64,000 nucleotides of DNA from an uncultured delta proteobacterium (GTDB lineage: Bacteria; Myxococcota; Myxococcia; Myxococcales; Myxococcaceae): NCBI GenBank assembly GCA_963796055.1, contig CAWCKH010000003.1:352001-416000 (forward strand), read 5' to 3'. The notes under the pieces were generated by a model, which did not search any database, had not been told where the DNA came from, and was given only the letters and a program-made list of their open reading frames with translations. Of this stretch, positions 9,472-18,172 are shown piece by piece. Position numbers and translations under genes: made by a program. The stretch's first letter is position 1. Every line of letters starts with the position of its first letter.

Positions 9472-11298
9472 TCAGCGATCGGCCACCGGCGAGGTCAGCG
9501 CCTTCAGCTTGCGCTCCACCACCGCGCTGCGCTCGCGGGCCTGGGGGTCGTCCGCGGTACGCATCGCCTCCAGCGCCCTCCGGTACGCTCCCACCGCGGC
9601 GTCCCTCCGGCTGACCCCGCCGTAAGCATCCCCGAGGTGCTCGAGGATGGTGGGCTCGTCGGGCTCCAGCTCGGCGGCACGCTCCAGCGTGCCGGCGGCG
9701 TGCACCACGTCGCCGCGCCGGAACTGCACCCAGCCGAGCGAGTCGAGGTATGCGCCGCTGTCGGGGTGGATGGCGAGGGCGCGGCGTACCAGCCGCTCCG
9801 CCTCCTCGAGCTGCTCGCCGTGATCGGCGAGGGTGTAGCCGATGAAGTTCAGGGCGGCGGCGTTGCGCGGGTTCACCTCCAGCAGCTCGCGCATGCGGGC
9901 CAGCGCCTCCCGGGTGGCACCGCTCCGCTCCAGCACCGTGCCCAGCGCGTACAGCAGCTCCTCGTCGCGGGGGTGCGCCTTCAGGGCCTCGTCGAGGACC
10001 GTCACCGCCTCGGCGTGCGCCCCGGTCCGGGAGAAGATCTGCGCCAGCGCGGTCACCAGCTCGGTGCTCCCCGACGCACGGATGCGAGCCTGGAGGAACT
10101 GCTCGGCCCGGCCCGGCTCGCCGACGGCCTCCAGCACCGCGGCGTGTCCGGCCTCGAGGGCGACGTCGCCCGGCGCCTGCTTCAGCGCCTCCGCGGTGGC
10201 CCGCTCGGCGGCCGCGGGCTCACCCGCCCGGGCCAGGGCCAGTCCGCGCTGCACCACCGCGTCCTTCCACCCCGGCGCGCCCGGAGGAACCAGGGCGTAG
10301 GCGCGGGCGGCGTCCGCCCAGCGGCCGACCTTCCCCTGGACCAGCCCGAGCGCGAGGAGCAGCCGCGGGTCGTCGCTGCCGGCGCGCGCCTGCTCCAGCA
10401 CGTGGATCGCCGCCACCGGCTTTCCGGCAGAAAGCCAGGTCAGGGCGATGCGCAGCGACTGCTCGGGCCCGATGTCGAGCGAGGCCAGCCGGTCCAGATA
10501 GGCCCGTGCCCGCGCCTCGGAACCCGACCGGAGCGCCAGCCGCCCGGCCCGGAGCAGCACCTCCCGCGCATCCGGGTCACGCTCCAGCGCCCGGGCGTAG
10601 GCGGCCTCGGCCTCCACCGGACGGCCCAGCGCCTCCAGCGCCTCACCGAGCGCACCCTGGGCCTCGGCGTCACCGGGGTCGATCTGCACCGCCTTCTCCA
10701 GCAGCGCGCGGGCGGTGTCCGGCTCTCCCCGGTCCAGCAGCGCCATGCCCAGCCGCCGCAGGCCGGTGGTGTCGCGGTTGAGGTCGGCGAGCGCCTGCAC
10801 CGTGTGCACCGCCTCCTCGGGGTGGCCCGACTCGAGCGCCATCTCCGCCAGCAGGAGGTAGGGTTCCTGCTCGCGCGGGGCGAGCTTCCGCACCCGCTCC
10901 AGCACCTCGCGGGCACGCTCCGGTCGATCGGTCTCGAAGAGCAGCCGCCCGAGGAAGAGAAGCGCGGGGACGTGGTCCGGCTTGCGCTCGAGGAGCCCGC
11001 GGACGGTGGCCTCGGCCCGCGCCGGCATGGCGGCCCGGGCCTGGGCCTCGGCGAGCGCGAGCAGCAGCTCGGGGCGGCCGGGGTCGGAGGCGAGCGCGAG
11101 CCGCAGCTGTTCCACGCTGCGCGTGTGCTCACCCTGCAGCGCGAGCAGCCTGGCCCGGAGGAAGTGGGCGTAGGCCGAGGCCGAGGAGTAGTCGCCCGTG
11201 GGCGCCTCGATGGCCTCCTTCATCGCCGAGATGTCGACCCGCGGATGCGCCGGCGAGGCGCCCAGGAGCACGAGGACAGCGAGGGCTGGAGCGACCAC
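9472..11298 (-). CDS. Secreted multi-TPR protein
   Basis: N-terminal hydrophobic signal, many TPR units, and the C-terminal ALNFIGYTLAD...YLDSLGWV...ILEHLGD pattern. Confidence 0.85.
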   Translation of the reverse strand: MVAPALAVLVLLGASPAHPRVDISAMKEAIEAPTGDYSSASAYAHFLRARLLALQGEHTRSVEQLRLALASDPGRPELLLALAEAQARAAMPARAEATVRGLLERKPDHVPALLFLGRLLFETDRPERAREVLERVRKLAPREQEPYLLLAEMALESGHPEEAVHTVQALADLNRDTTGLRRLGMALLDRGEPDTARALLEKAVQIDPGDAEAQGALGEALEALGRPVEAEAAYARALERDPDAREVLLRAGRLALRSGSEARARAYLDRLASLDIGPEQSLRIALTWLSAGKPVAAIHVLEQARAGSDDPRLLLALGLVQGKVGRWADAARAYALVPPGAPGWKDAVVQRGLALARAGEPAAAERATAEALKQAPGDVALEAGHAAVLEAVGEPGRAEQFLQARIRASGSTELVTALAQIFSRTGAHAEAVTVLDEALKAHPRDEELLYALGTVLERSGATREALARMRELLEVNPRNAAALNFIGYTLADHGEQLEEAERLVRRALAIHPDSGAYLDSLGWVQFRRGDVVHAAGTLERAAELEPDEPTILEHLGDAYGGVSRRDAAVGAYRRALEAMRTADDPQARERSAVVERKLKALTSPVADR

Positions 11299-11368
11299 GG
11301 CGAGGTTCCCTGGCCGGTAGCCTAACAGGGGCCCCTGGTGGGTGCGCGTCGCCCCCGGGGCAGAAACG

Positions 11369-13540
11369 TCAGCCTGCGGGCCGCCGGTCGAGGAGGTGAT
11401 CCAGCACCGCCTCGGGCAACTCCCGCCCCGGCACCTCGGCCACCTCGACCTGGCAGCGGAGGCTGGTGGAAGCGCGGAGGTCGGACTCGACGCGGCTGAA
11501 GACGGCCATCGCCTGCTCCGAGGTGCACTCGGGCAGCAGCGCGGCGAAGGTGCCCTGCCCCAGGTGGGCGAGCACGTCGGGCTGACGGAGGCGCTCGCGC
11601 ATGCGGGCCGCGACGGTACGGAGCAGATCCGGATGCACCGCGTCGGTGCGGGCCACCGCGAGCGAGAGCGGCCTTCCGTAGCGTCTGGCCCGCGCCGCCT
11701 CCTGGGTGAGCCGGGCGACGAGCCCCCGCCGGTCGAGCAGGCCGGTCTCGGCGTCGGCCACCCCCGACGTGGGCGCCTCGGCCTCGGGTGCGGAGGCGGT
11801 GCGCCGGTTGACCGACAGGGCACGCTCGGCCCGCTGCAACAGCTCGGAGGCGTGGAACGGCTTGGCCAGGTAGTCGACGGCGCCGAGGTTCAGGGCACGC
11901 ACCCGGTCTGCGACTCCCACCTGTGCCGACACGAGGATGACCGGGATGTCCGCGGTGTCGCTGGAGGCCTTGAGGGAGATGACGGCGTCGAGCCCGTCCA
12001 GGTGGGGGAGGAAGACGTCCATCACCACCAGGTCGGGGTGAAGAGCGTGCACCTTGGCCACGCCCTCGCGCCCGTCGCGGGCTACCTCCACCCGGTAGCG
12101 CTTGCGGAGGATGCCCTCCAGGACCGCGGCGATGTCCGCCTCGTCCTCGACGATGAGCACCCGGGGCTGCTCCTCGTCGCCCAGGGCCTGCAGCTTGGGG
12201 ACGACCTTCCGATCCGCCTGGGCGAGCGGGAGGGTGAAGACGAAGGCGCAGCCGCCGTCGGCGGGCCGCTCGGCCCAGATCTCCCCGCCGTGCAGCTCCA
12301 CGAACTCCTTGCAGATGGCCAGGCCCAGTCCGGTACCGCCGGGGCCATGCCGGTAGCGGTCGAAGACCAGGTGCATCTGCTCCTCGGCCATCCCCGGGCC
12401 GTCGTCCTGGACCACGACCTTCACCACCGGGCCATCGGGCCGGTGCAGCACCTCGCCCTCGACCAGGACGGTGCCGCTCTTCGCCGCGTGCTCGAGCCCG
12501 TTGGTGATGAGGTTCTGCAGCACCTCCCGCAGCTTGAGCTCGTCTCCCATCACCGGGAGCCGCTCCGGGGCGTGGGCCTTGAGAGTGATCCCGCGCTCGG
12601 CGGCGAGGATCTCCAGCTCGAAGGCGCAGTCTCGCGCCACGCGGCTCACGTCGAGCAGCTGCACGTCGAGCGCGACCCGGGCCTGCTCACCCTTGCCGCG
12701 GTCGAGCAGCGACTCGACCATCTTCAAGATCTTTCGCGATTGCCGGACGATGGCCTCGGCCGAGGTCTTGAGGTCTCCGGCCAGGTTGGCCTCCTCGAGC
12801 ATCCGCCCGTGGCCGAGGGTCACTTGAAGGGGGGCCCGGAGGTCGTGGCTGATGATGGCGATCAGCTCGTCCTTGAAGCGGGCCAGCTCGCGGAGCCGGC
12901 GGTTCGCCTCGGTGAGCTCGCGGTACCGCTCCACGTACGCCAGCTCGAGGTCGTCGCGCTTCCTCTGCACCGAGGCGTGCAGCTTGGCGTTGCGGACCGA
13001 GTTGGCCAGCGCCGCGGCCACCGCCTTGGCGAACTCCTGCTCCTCGGGACCGAAGGCCCCTCGCCTCCGGGACAGGCGGAGGAACAGGGCACCCACCAGG
13101 TCGTCCTGGCTGATGAGGGGCTGGACCAGAATGCTCTTCACGGCGAGCGGCGCGATGGCGGGCATGACGTCCGCCATCAGCGGATCCTCGAGCGCGTCCT
13201 CGATGTAGGTGGGCTCGCGGGTCTGGAGCGAACGCCGCAGTTCCGGGTACTTGGAGAGGTCGATGGTGATGGGCCGGTAGTCGTCGCGCTCGCGGGTGGC
13301 CATGACCACGGCCTCGGTGGAGCTCGGGGAGTCCACCAGGACGACCGAGCACCGGTCGGTGGGGAGCACCTGGCTGACCTTCTCGACGGCGATCTTGAGG
13401 ATCTTCTCCAGCTCGAGGGATGAGGTGGCCGCCTGGGTGATGTCCAGGAGCATCGCCATGCGTTCGGCGATGCGACGTTCGCGGTCGCCGGCCGTCTCCG
13501 GCGGCCGCGCCAGCGCCGGCGTGGAACTCTCCCCGTTCAT
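11369..13540 (-). CDS. sgmT: Hybrid histidine kinase GAF-HisKA-HATPase-REC-degenerate GGDEF (SgmT-like)
   Basis: GAF region, H-box ISHDLRAPL, N/G boxes (NLITNG, DDGPG, GTGLGL), receiver DLVVMD, and a GGDEF-like domain with RQPD I-site and GQGTF in place of GGDEF; synteny supports the name. Confidence 0.85.
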   Translation of the reverse strand: MNGESSTPALARPPETAGDRERRIAERMAMLLDITQAATSSLELEKILKIAVEKVSQVLPTDRCSVVLVDSPSSTEAVVMATRERDDYRPITIDLSKYPELRRSLQTREPTYIEDALEDPLMADVMPAIAPLAVKSILVQPLISQDDLVGALFLRLSRRRGAFGPEEQEFAKAVAAALANSVRNAKLHASVQRKRDDLELAYVERYRELTEANRRLRELARFKDELIAIISHDLRAPLQVTLGHGRMLEEANLAGDLKTSAEAIVRQSRKILKMVESLLDRGKGEQARVALDVQLLDVSRVARDCAFELEILAAERGITLKAHAPERLPVMGDELKLREVLQNLITNGLEHAAKSGTVLVEGEVLHRPDGPVVKVVVQDDGPGMAEEQMHLVFDRYRHGPGGTGLGLAICKEFVELHGGEIWAERPADGGCAFVFTLPLAQADRKVVPKLQALGDEEQPRVLIVEDEADIAAVLEGILRKRYRVEVARDGREGVAKVHALHPDLVVMDVFLPHLDGLDAVISLKASSDTADIPVILVSAQVGVADRVRALNLGAVDYLAKPFHASELLQRAERALSVNRRTASAPEAEAPTSGVADAETGLLDRRGLVARLTQEAARARRYGRPLSLAVARTDAVHPDLLRTVAARMRERLRQPDVLAHLGQGTFAALLPECTSEQAMAVFSRVESDLRASTSLRCQVEVAEVPGRELPEAVLDHLLDRRPAG

Positions 13541-13627
13541 CCGCGCTCCAATTTTCCTCGATTTTCTCGGCACTGACCAGCGCTCCGTCGGCGAGTCCTC
13601 ACCGACACCGATCCGCAGTCGGACCCG

Positions 13628-14374
13628 TCAGGGGCGGCGTGCCACCAGGAGAATCTCACGGTTCCCGGCTGGACCGTGAACCGGGGAATCCACGGCGCCG
13701 ACGGCGACGAGTCCGAGCTGCTCCATGCACGTCCGTACACGCGCCACCGCCTCGGCCCGCACCGTGTCGTCACGCACCACCCCGCCCTTCCCCACCTGTC
13801 CCCGTCCCGCTTCGAATTGTGGCTTCACCAGGGCAACCGTCACCCCGCCCGGGCTGAGGGCCGGGACCGTGGCCGGCAGGACCTGCGTGAGCGAGATGAA
13901 GCTCACGTCCAGCACCAGGACCGAGACCGGTTCGGGCAGCTCCGACGGGTCGAGATGGCGTGCATTCACTCCCTCGCGGAGCACGACCCGAGGGTCGCTC
14001 CGCAACCGGGCGTGCAGCTGACCCCGCCCGACGTCGAGTGCATACACCCTGGCTGCACCCGCCTGGAGCAAACAATCGGTGAACCCGCCGGTGCTGGCGC
14101 CGATGTCGGCGCAGACGGCGCCCCGGACGTCGAGCTGGAAATGGCGCAGCGCGGCCTCGAGCTTGAGCCCGCCCCGGGACACGTAGGGCATCGGCTCGCC
14201 CTTGAGGCGCACCTCGGCGTCGGCGGAGACGCGGGTGCCCGGCTTGTCGATGCGCTGGTCGTCGACCACCACCTGTCCGGCGAGAACCAGGGCTTGCGCC
14301 TTCGCCCGGGTGGGAGCGAGGCCGAGCTCCACGAGGAGGATGTCGAGGCGTTCCTTTCGGGGGCGGCCAGTCAT
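13628..14374 (-). CDS. tlyA: TlyA-family rRNA 2'-O-methyltransferase
   Basis: S4-like ERLDILLV, YVSRGGLKL, DIGASTGGFTD, DVSFISL and LVKPQFE. Confidence 0.93.
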   Translation of the reverse strand: MTGRPRKERLDILLVELGLAPTRAKAQALVLAGQVVVDDQRIDKPGTRVSADAEVRLKGEPMPYVSRGGLKLEAALRHFQLDVRGAVCADIGASTGGFTDCLLQAGAARVYALDVGRGQLHARLRSDPRVVLREGVNARHLDPSELPEPVSVLVLDVSFISLTQVLPATVPALSPGGVTVALVKPQFEAGRGQVGKGGVVRDDTVRAEAVARVRTCMEQLGLVAVGAVDSPVHGPAGNREILLVARRP

Positions 14375-14512
14375 GCCCAGCCGGCCTGGAGGAACGGCGG
14401 TGGCGAGGCTGGCCGGGGCCTGTCCCATGGTGACCCTGGCCTCACCTCGCGCCGTCGCAGGGTGCCGCGCGTGCCCAGCCGTCCCGCAGCGCAGAGGAGC
14501 GCCGGCGCTCGA

Positions 14513-14817
14513 GTTTCGGAAAGCCCCTTCACGAAGCCTTTTGGAACGGTCCCTGCCGGGGGGGGTCTGCGCACTCGAAAGAGCGTTCCATCCGGTATCC
14601 CGAACGTGGTTTGCGAAACCGTTCTGCCCGCGGGGGACGTGAGGCGGATCAGCCGAGGATCAGACCGCCTCACGTCGTGGCTCCACGCTCGCTTCAGCAG
14701 GAGCGGTCCGGTTTCCCGAACGCCGTCTCCGATACCCGATGGAACGCTCCGGCGAGCGCGCAGACCCCCCTGCCCGGCGACCGTTCCAAAAGGTTTCGCC
14801 AAGCCAGCTTGGGAAAC
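14513..14817. repeat. Nested inverted-repeat element: 109-bp arms (14513-14621 and 14709-14817) flanking an 87-bp spacer with a 12-bp hairpin
   Basis: Manual ungapped alignment of the left arm with the reverse complement of the right arm gives 80/109 identities. Inner perfect IR: GACGTGAGGCGG (14636-14647) / CCGCCTCACGTC (14665-14676). Confidence 0.9.
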
Positions 14818-15115
14818 CGCTTCCGTGGTGGAAAACGGTGGGGCCCTGGGCGAGGGCCCGCCTGACTCCACGGCGCCCGCGCCGGCGGCGCGACTGCGGC
14901 GACCTGGCACCCTGCGAGGCTCGAGGCCAGGGTCGGTCCTCGCACCCCGCCCCGCCGCCCTGTCGTCCCGGCTCCCCTCAGGACCAATCGCCGCATGCGC
15001 CGTGACCCCGCGGCCCGGTTCCGAGCTCGCGACCGCTCGACAAGCAGCTCCTGTCCAGCGTCATGGCAAACCGTCCTCGGACGAGACCGGCCGACGACCT
15101 CCTCGGTCCTGCCGT

Positions 15116-16861
15116 TCATCCCGCCCCCGTGAGACTCCGCACCGCGGCGGCGATTCCCTCCGGTGACAGTCCGAGCGCCCGGCGCTGCGCCCGTGCGTCT
15201 CCGTGCGGCACCGGCGCGTCCGGCAAGCCCAGCGTCCTCACCCGCGGAGACAGCCCACGCGCCGCCAGCAGCTCGAGCACCGCGCTCCCGAGACCGCCGT
15301 GCACCGTGCCCTCCTCGACGGTGACGACGTGCCCCGCGGCACAGGCCTCGAGCACCGCGGCGACGTCGAGCGGCGCAAGCGCCCGGACATCGAGCACCGC
15401 GGTGGGCACCTCCAGCGCCTCCGCTGCCTCCAGCGCGGCCAGCCCGAGCGGCCCGAGCGAGAGGATGGCCGCCACCGCCCGCTCGGGGCGCCGAAGCCAG
15501 CGCGCGCCGTGAACCGGTCCCTGCTCGACCCGGAGCTGGGCTGGCGTGGCTGGCAAGGTGCCGCGCGGAAACCGGAACGCCGCGGGCCCGGGCCCCGCGA
15601 GGGCGGTCTCGAGCACCGGGTCCACGTCCTCGCCCACCGTCGGCGCGTACAGTCGAAGACCGGGGAGCGGCCGCAGGTAGGCGAGGTCGTACGTGCCCTG
15701 GTGCGTGGCGCCGTCGGCGCCCACCAGGCCGGCGCGATCGATGGCGAAGGTCACCGGCAGCCCGGGCAGCACCACGTCATGGATGACCTGGTCCAGGGCG
15801 CGCTGGAGGAAGGTGCTGTAGATGCAGACCACCGGCCGCAGTCCGCGCGCGGCCTGGCCCGCGGCGAGCGTCACCGCGTGCTGCTCGGCGATCCCGGCGT
15901 CATGCACCCTGGGCCCGAACCGGGCGGCCAGGCCGGTGAGCGAGGAGCCCTCGAGCATCGCCGGCGTCACCACCACCACCCGCGGGTCGCGCTCCATCGA
16001 CCGTCCGAGCGCGGCGGCGACGGCATCCGACCAGGTGGGTTGGCCGTGGCGGCTGCGGACCAGCTTCCCGTCGCGCATCTCGTAGGGCCCCATGGCATGC
16101 CCCCGGGTGGCGAGGTCCGCCTCGGCCTCCGCGAGCCCGCGCCCTTTCTGGGTCCGGGCGTGGACCAGCACCGGCCGGCGGCTCCGGCGTGCCTCGGTCA
16201 GCGCCGGGAGCAGCTCGCCCAGCGCATGCCCATCCACCGGCCCGAGGTAGGTGAATCCCAGCGCCTCGAAGAAGGCGCGCGCGCCAGGGCCAGCGAGCAT
16301 CCGCGGCACGGCGCCCACGTTGGCCGAGATGGACATCCCGTTGTCGTTCAGCACCACCGCCAGGGGGAGTCCGCTCGAGCCTGCGTCGTTCAGACCCTCG
16401 AAGGTGAGCCCGCCGGTGAGCGCACCGTCCCCGACGATGGCCACCGCCCGCCCGGGGGCGCCGGTGCGCGCCCGCGCCTGCGCCATTCCCAGCGCCACGC
16501 TCACCGCGGTGCAGGCATGGCCGGCGGGGAAGGCGTCGAACGGGCTCTCGCGCGGGTCGAGGAACGGGGCCACTCCGCTCTCTTGCCGGAGGGTGTGCAT
16601 CCTCGGGGCCCGTCCGGTGAGGAGCTTGTGGGCATAGGCCTGGTGGCCGACGTCGAAGACCAGGTCGTCCTCGGGCGCATGGAAGATCCGGTGCAGCGCG
16701 ACGATCAGCTCGACGGCGCCCAGCGAGGCCCCGAGGTGTCCGCCCACCCGGCCGCAGATGGAGATGATCTCCTCGCGCAGCTCGGCGCAGAGCGCCGGGA
16801 GGTCGCTCTCGGGCAGCGCGCGCACGTCCCTGGGCGACAGGACGTGCCCGAGCAGCGTCAC
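15116..16861 (-). CDS. dxs: 1-deoxy-D-xylulose-5-phosphate synthase
   Basis: GGHLGASLG, DVGHQAYAHK, GDGALTGG...NDN TPP motif, GIAEQHAV, YSTFLQR and DRAGLVGADGATHQG; the GTG overlaps the ispA stop. Confidence 0.95.
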   Translation of the reverse strand: MTLLGHVLSPRDVRALPESDLPALCAELREEIISICGRVGGHLGASLGAVELIVALHRIFHAPEDDLVFDVGHQAYAHKLLTGRAPRMHTLRQESGVAPFLDPRESPFDAFPAGHACTAVSVALGMAQARARTGAPGRAVAIVGDGALTGGLTFEGLNDAGSSGLPLAVVLNDNGMSISANVGAVPRMLAGPGARAFFEALGFTYLGPVDGHALGELLPALTEARRSRRPVLVHARTQKGRGLAEAEADLATRGHAMGPYEMRDGKLVRSRHGQPTWSDAVAAALGRSMERDPRVVVVTPAMLEGSSLTGLAARFGPRVHDAGIAEQHAVTLAAGQAARGLRPVVCIYSTFLQRALDQVIHDVVLPGLPVTFAIDRAGLVGADGATHQGTYDLAYLRPLPGLRLYAPTVGEDVDPVLETALAGPGPAAFRFPRGTLPATPAQLRVEQGPVHGARWLRRPERAVAAILSLGPLGLAALEAAEALEVPTAVLDVRALAPLDVAAVLEACAAGHVVTVEEGTVHGGLGSAVLELLAARGLSPRVRTLGLPDAPVPHGDARAQRRALGLSPEGIAAAVRSLTGAG

Positions 16862-17742
16862 GTGCTCCGCTCCACGGTGTAGCGGGCGAGCGCGGCCAGG
16901 GGCCCCGGGGTGGGTTCGAGCGCCTTCACCGCGCCGAGCGCCTCGTCGACCAGCGCGCCGGCCCGGGCGCGCGAGGCCTCCAGCCCCAGCACCACCGGGT
17001 AGGTATGCCGGCCGGCGGCGGCATCGGCCCCGGTGGGCTTCCCCATCGCCTCCGCCGAGGAGGTCACGTCGAGCACGTCGTCGGCGATCTGGAAGGCGAG
17101 TCCGATGGCGTCCCCGTAGCGCTCGGCGGCCGTGATCTGGAGGGGGCTGCCTCCCTCGGCCACCACGCCCAGGGTGCAGGCAGCGCGGAGCAGGGCGCCG
17201 GTCTTCGCCCGGTGAAGCCGGGTGAGGTACGCCTCCTCGGCCGGGCGGTCCTCGGCGATGTCCAGCACCTGTCCGCCCACCATGCCCACCGCGCCCGCGG
17301 CGTGGGCCAGCCTTGCCGTCAGCTCGCGCCGCCGGGGCTCGGGACCGCCTGCGACCAGGGCGAAGGCCTCGGTGAGCAGCGCGTCGCCGGCGAGGATGGC
17401 CATCGCCTCCCCGTACACCTTGTGGCTGGTGGGGCGGCCGCGGCGGAGGTCGTCGTCGTCCATCGCCGGCAGGTCGTCGTGCACCAGGCTGTAGGTGTGG
17501 ATGTACTCCAGGGCGCAGGCGGCGTCCTCGGCGGCGCTGCCGGGCGTCCCGCCCCTGATCGCCTCGGCGAAGGCGAGACACAGGAGCGGCCGCAGCCTCT
17601 TCCCGCCGGCCAGCAGCGAGTACTCCATCGCCTCCACCAGTCGGCGCGGCGCCGCCTCGAGACGCCGCAGCCGATCGGCGAGCAGGGCCTCGACCCGAGC
17701 GCCCTGGGCCTGCAGCCAGGACTCGAGCTGAAACCCGCTCAT
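16858..17742 (-). CDS. ispA: Geranyltranstransferase / farnesyl diphosphate synthase
   Basis: GGKRLRP, HDDLPAMDDDDLRRG and FQIADDVLD. Confidence 0.93.
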   Translation of the reverse strand: MSGFQLESWLQAQGARVEALLADRLRRLEAAPRRLVEAMEYSLLAGGKRLRPLLCLAFAEAIRGGTPGSAAEDAACALEYIHTYSLVHDDLPAMDDDDLRRGRPTSHKVYGEAMAILAGDALLTEAFALVAGGPEPRRRELTARLAHAAGAVGMVGGQVLDIAEDRPAEEAYLTRLHRAKTGALLRAACTLGVVAEGGSPLQITAAERYGDAIGLAFQIADDVLDVTSSAEAMGKPTGADAAAGRHTYPVVLGLEASRARAGALVDEALGAVKALEPTPGPLAALARYTVERST

Positions 17743-17834
17743 CGCTGCATCCCTCCGGAAGGCCGCTCGACCCGCTCGCGCATCCGTCCGAGGAGCGCGT
17801 CGAGGTCGATGGGCTTGGTGAAATAGGGACCGTC
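17739..17834 (-). pseudogene. C-terminal remnant of a response-regulator receiver domain
   Basis: Translates DGPYFTKPIDLDALLGRMRERVERPSGGMQR*, containing the receiver YxxKP motif and alpha5; its stop overlaps the ispA ATG; no start codon lies ahead of the YFTKP motif within the xseB-ispA gap. Confidence 0.65.
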
Positions 17835-18129
17835 AGAACGGGATGTCGTCATCGTCGGTCGCCGCCGGGGCGGGCTTCGACGGCGCGCCCCGGGTGGGCT
17901 CGAGAGGGACGGTCCGGTCCCCGCCCTTGTGCTCCAGAAGCTCCTGCACGCGGCGCTCGGCCTGCTGGAGGAGGGCCTCGCCGCGCTTCACCAGCTGGAT
18001 GCCCTTCTCGAACTCCTCGAGCGAGTCCTCGAGGCTGAGCTGCCCGCCCTCGAGCTTCTTGACCACCTCCTCGAGGCGGTCCACGACGTCGCTGTAGCGC
18101 TCGCTGGGCGGCTCTTCTCGGGTGGCCAC
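17833..18129 (-). CDS. xseB: Exodeoxyribonuclease VII small subunit
   Basis: LEEVVKKLEGGQLSLEDSLEEFEKGIQL...AERRV; start set at GTG 18129. Confidence 0.92.
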   Translation of the reverse strand: MATREEPPSERYSDVVDRLEEVVKKLEGGQLSLEDSLEEFEKGIQLVKRGEALLQQAERRVQELLEHKGGDRTVPLEPTRGAPSKPAPAATDDDDIPF

Positions 18130-18172
18130 GGGACCTGCGTCTACCGCCGGGCCGGGCGAGGCGCAACCGCCG

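Noticed and set aside
14513..14817. CRISPR array, parS cluster or Tn3 ends as the identity of the repeat (GTTTC...GAAAC, CGTTCCA, GGGGTCTG)
   Set aside because: There is no direct repeat-spacer periodicity and no cas gene. No full 16-bp parS palindrome is present (best about 10/16). Arm similarity extends outside the GGGG, unlike Tn3 terminal IRs, and there is no transposase.
14371..14910. ORFs crossing the inverted repeat on both strands give similar peptides (KPFGTV..GGLR.R.SVPSGI), with a few synonymous differences
   Set aside because: The similarity follows from the DNA repeat. Third codon positions are A/T-rich, unlike real genes here, and there is no convincing start or RBS.
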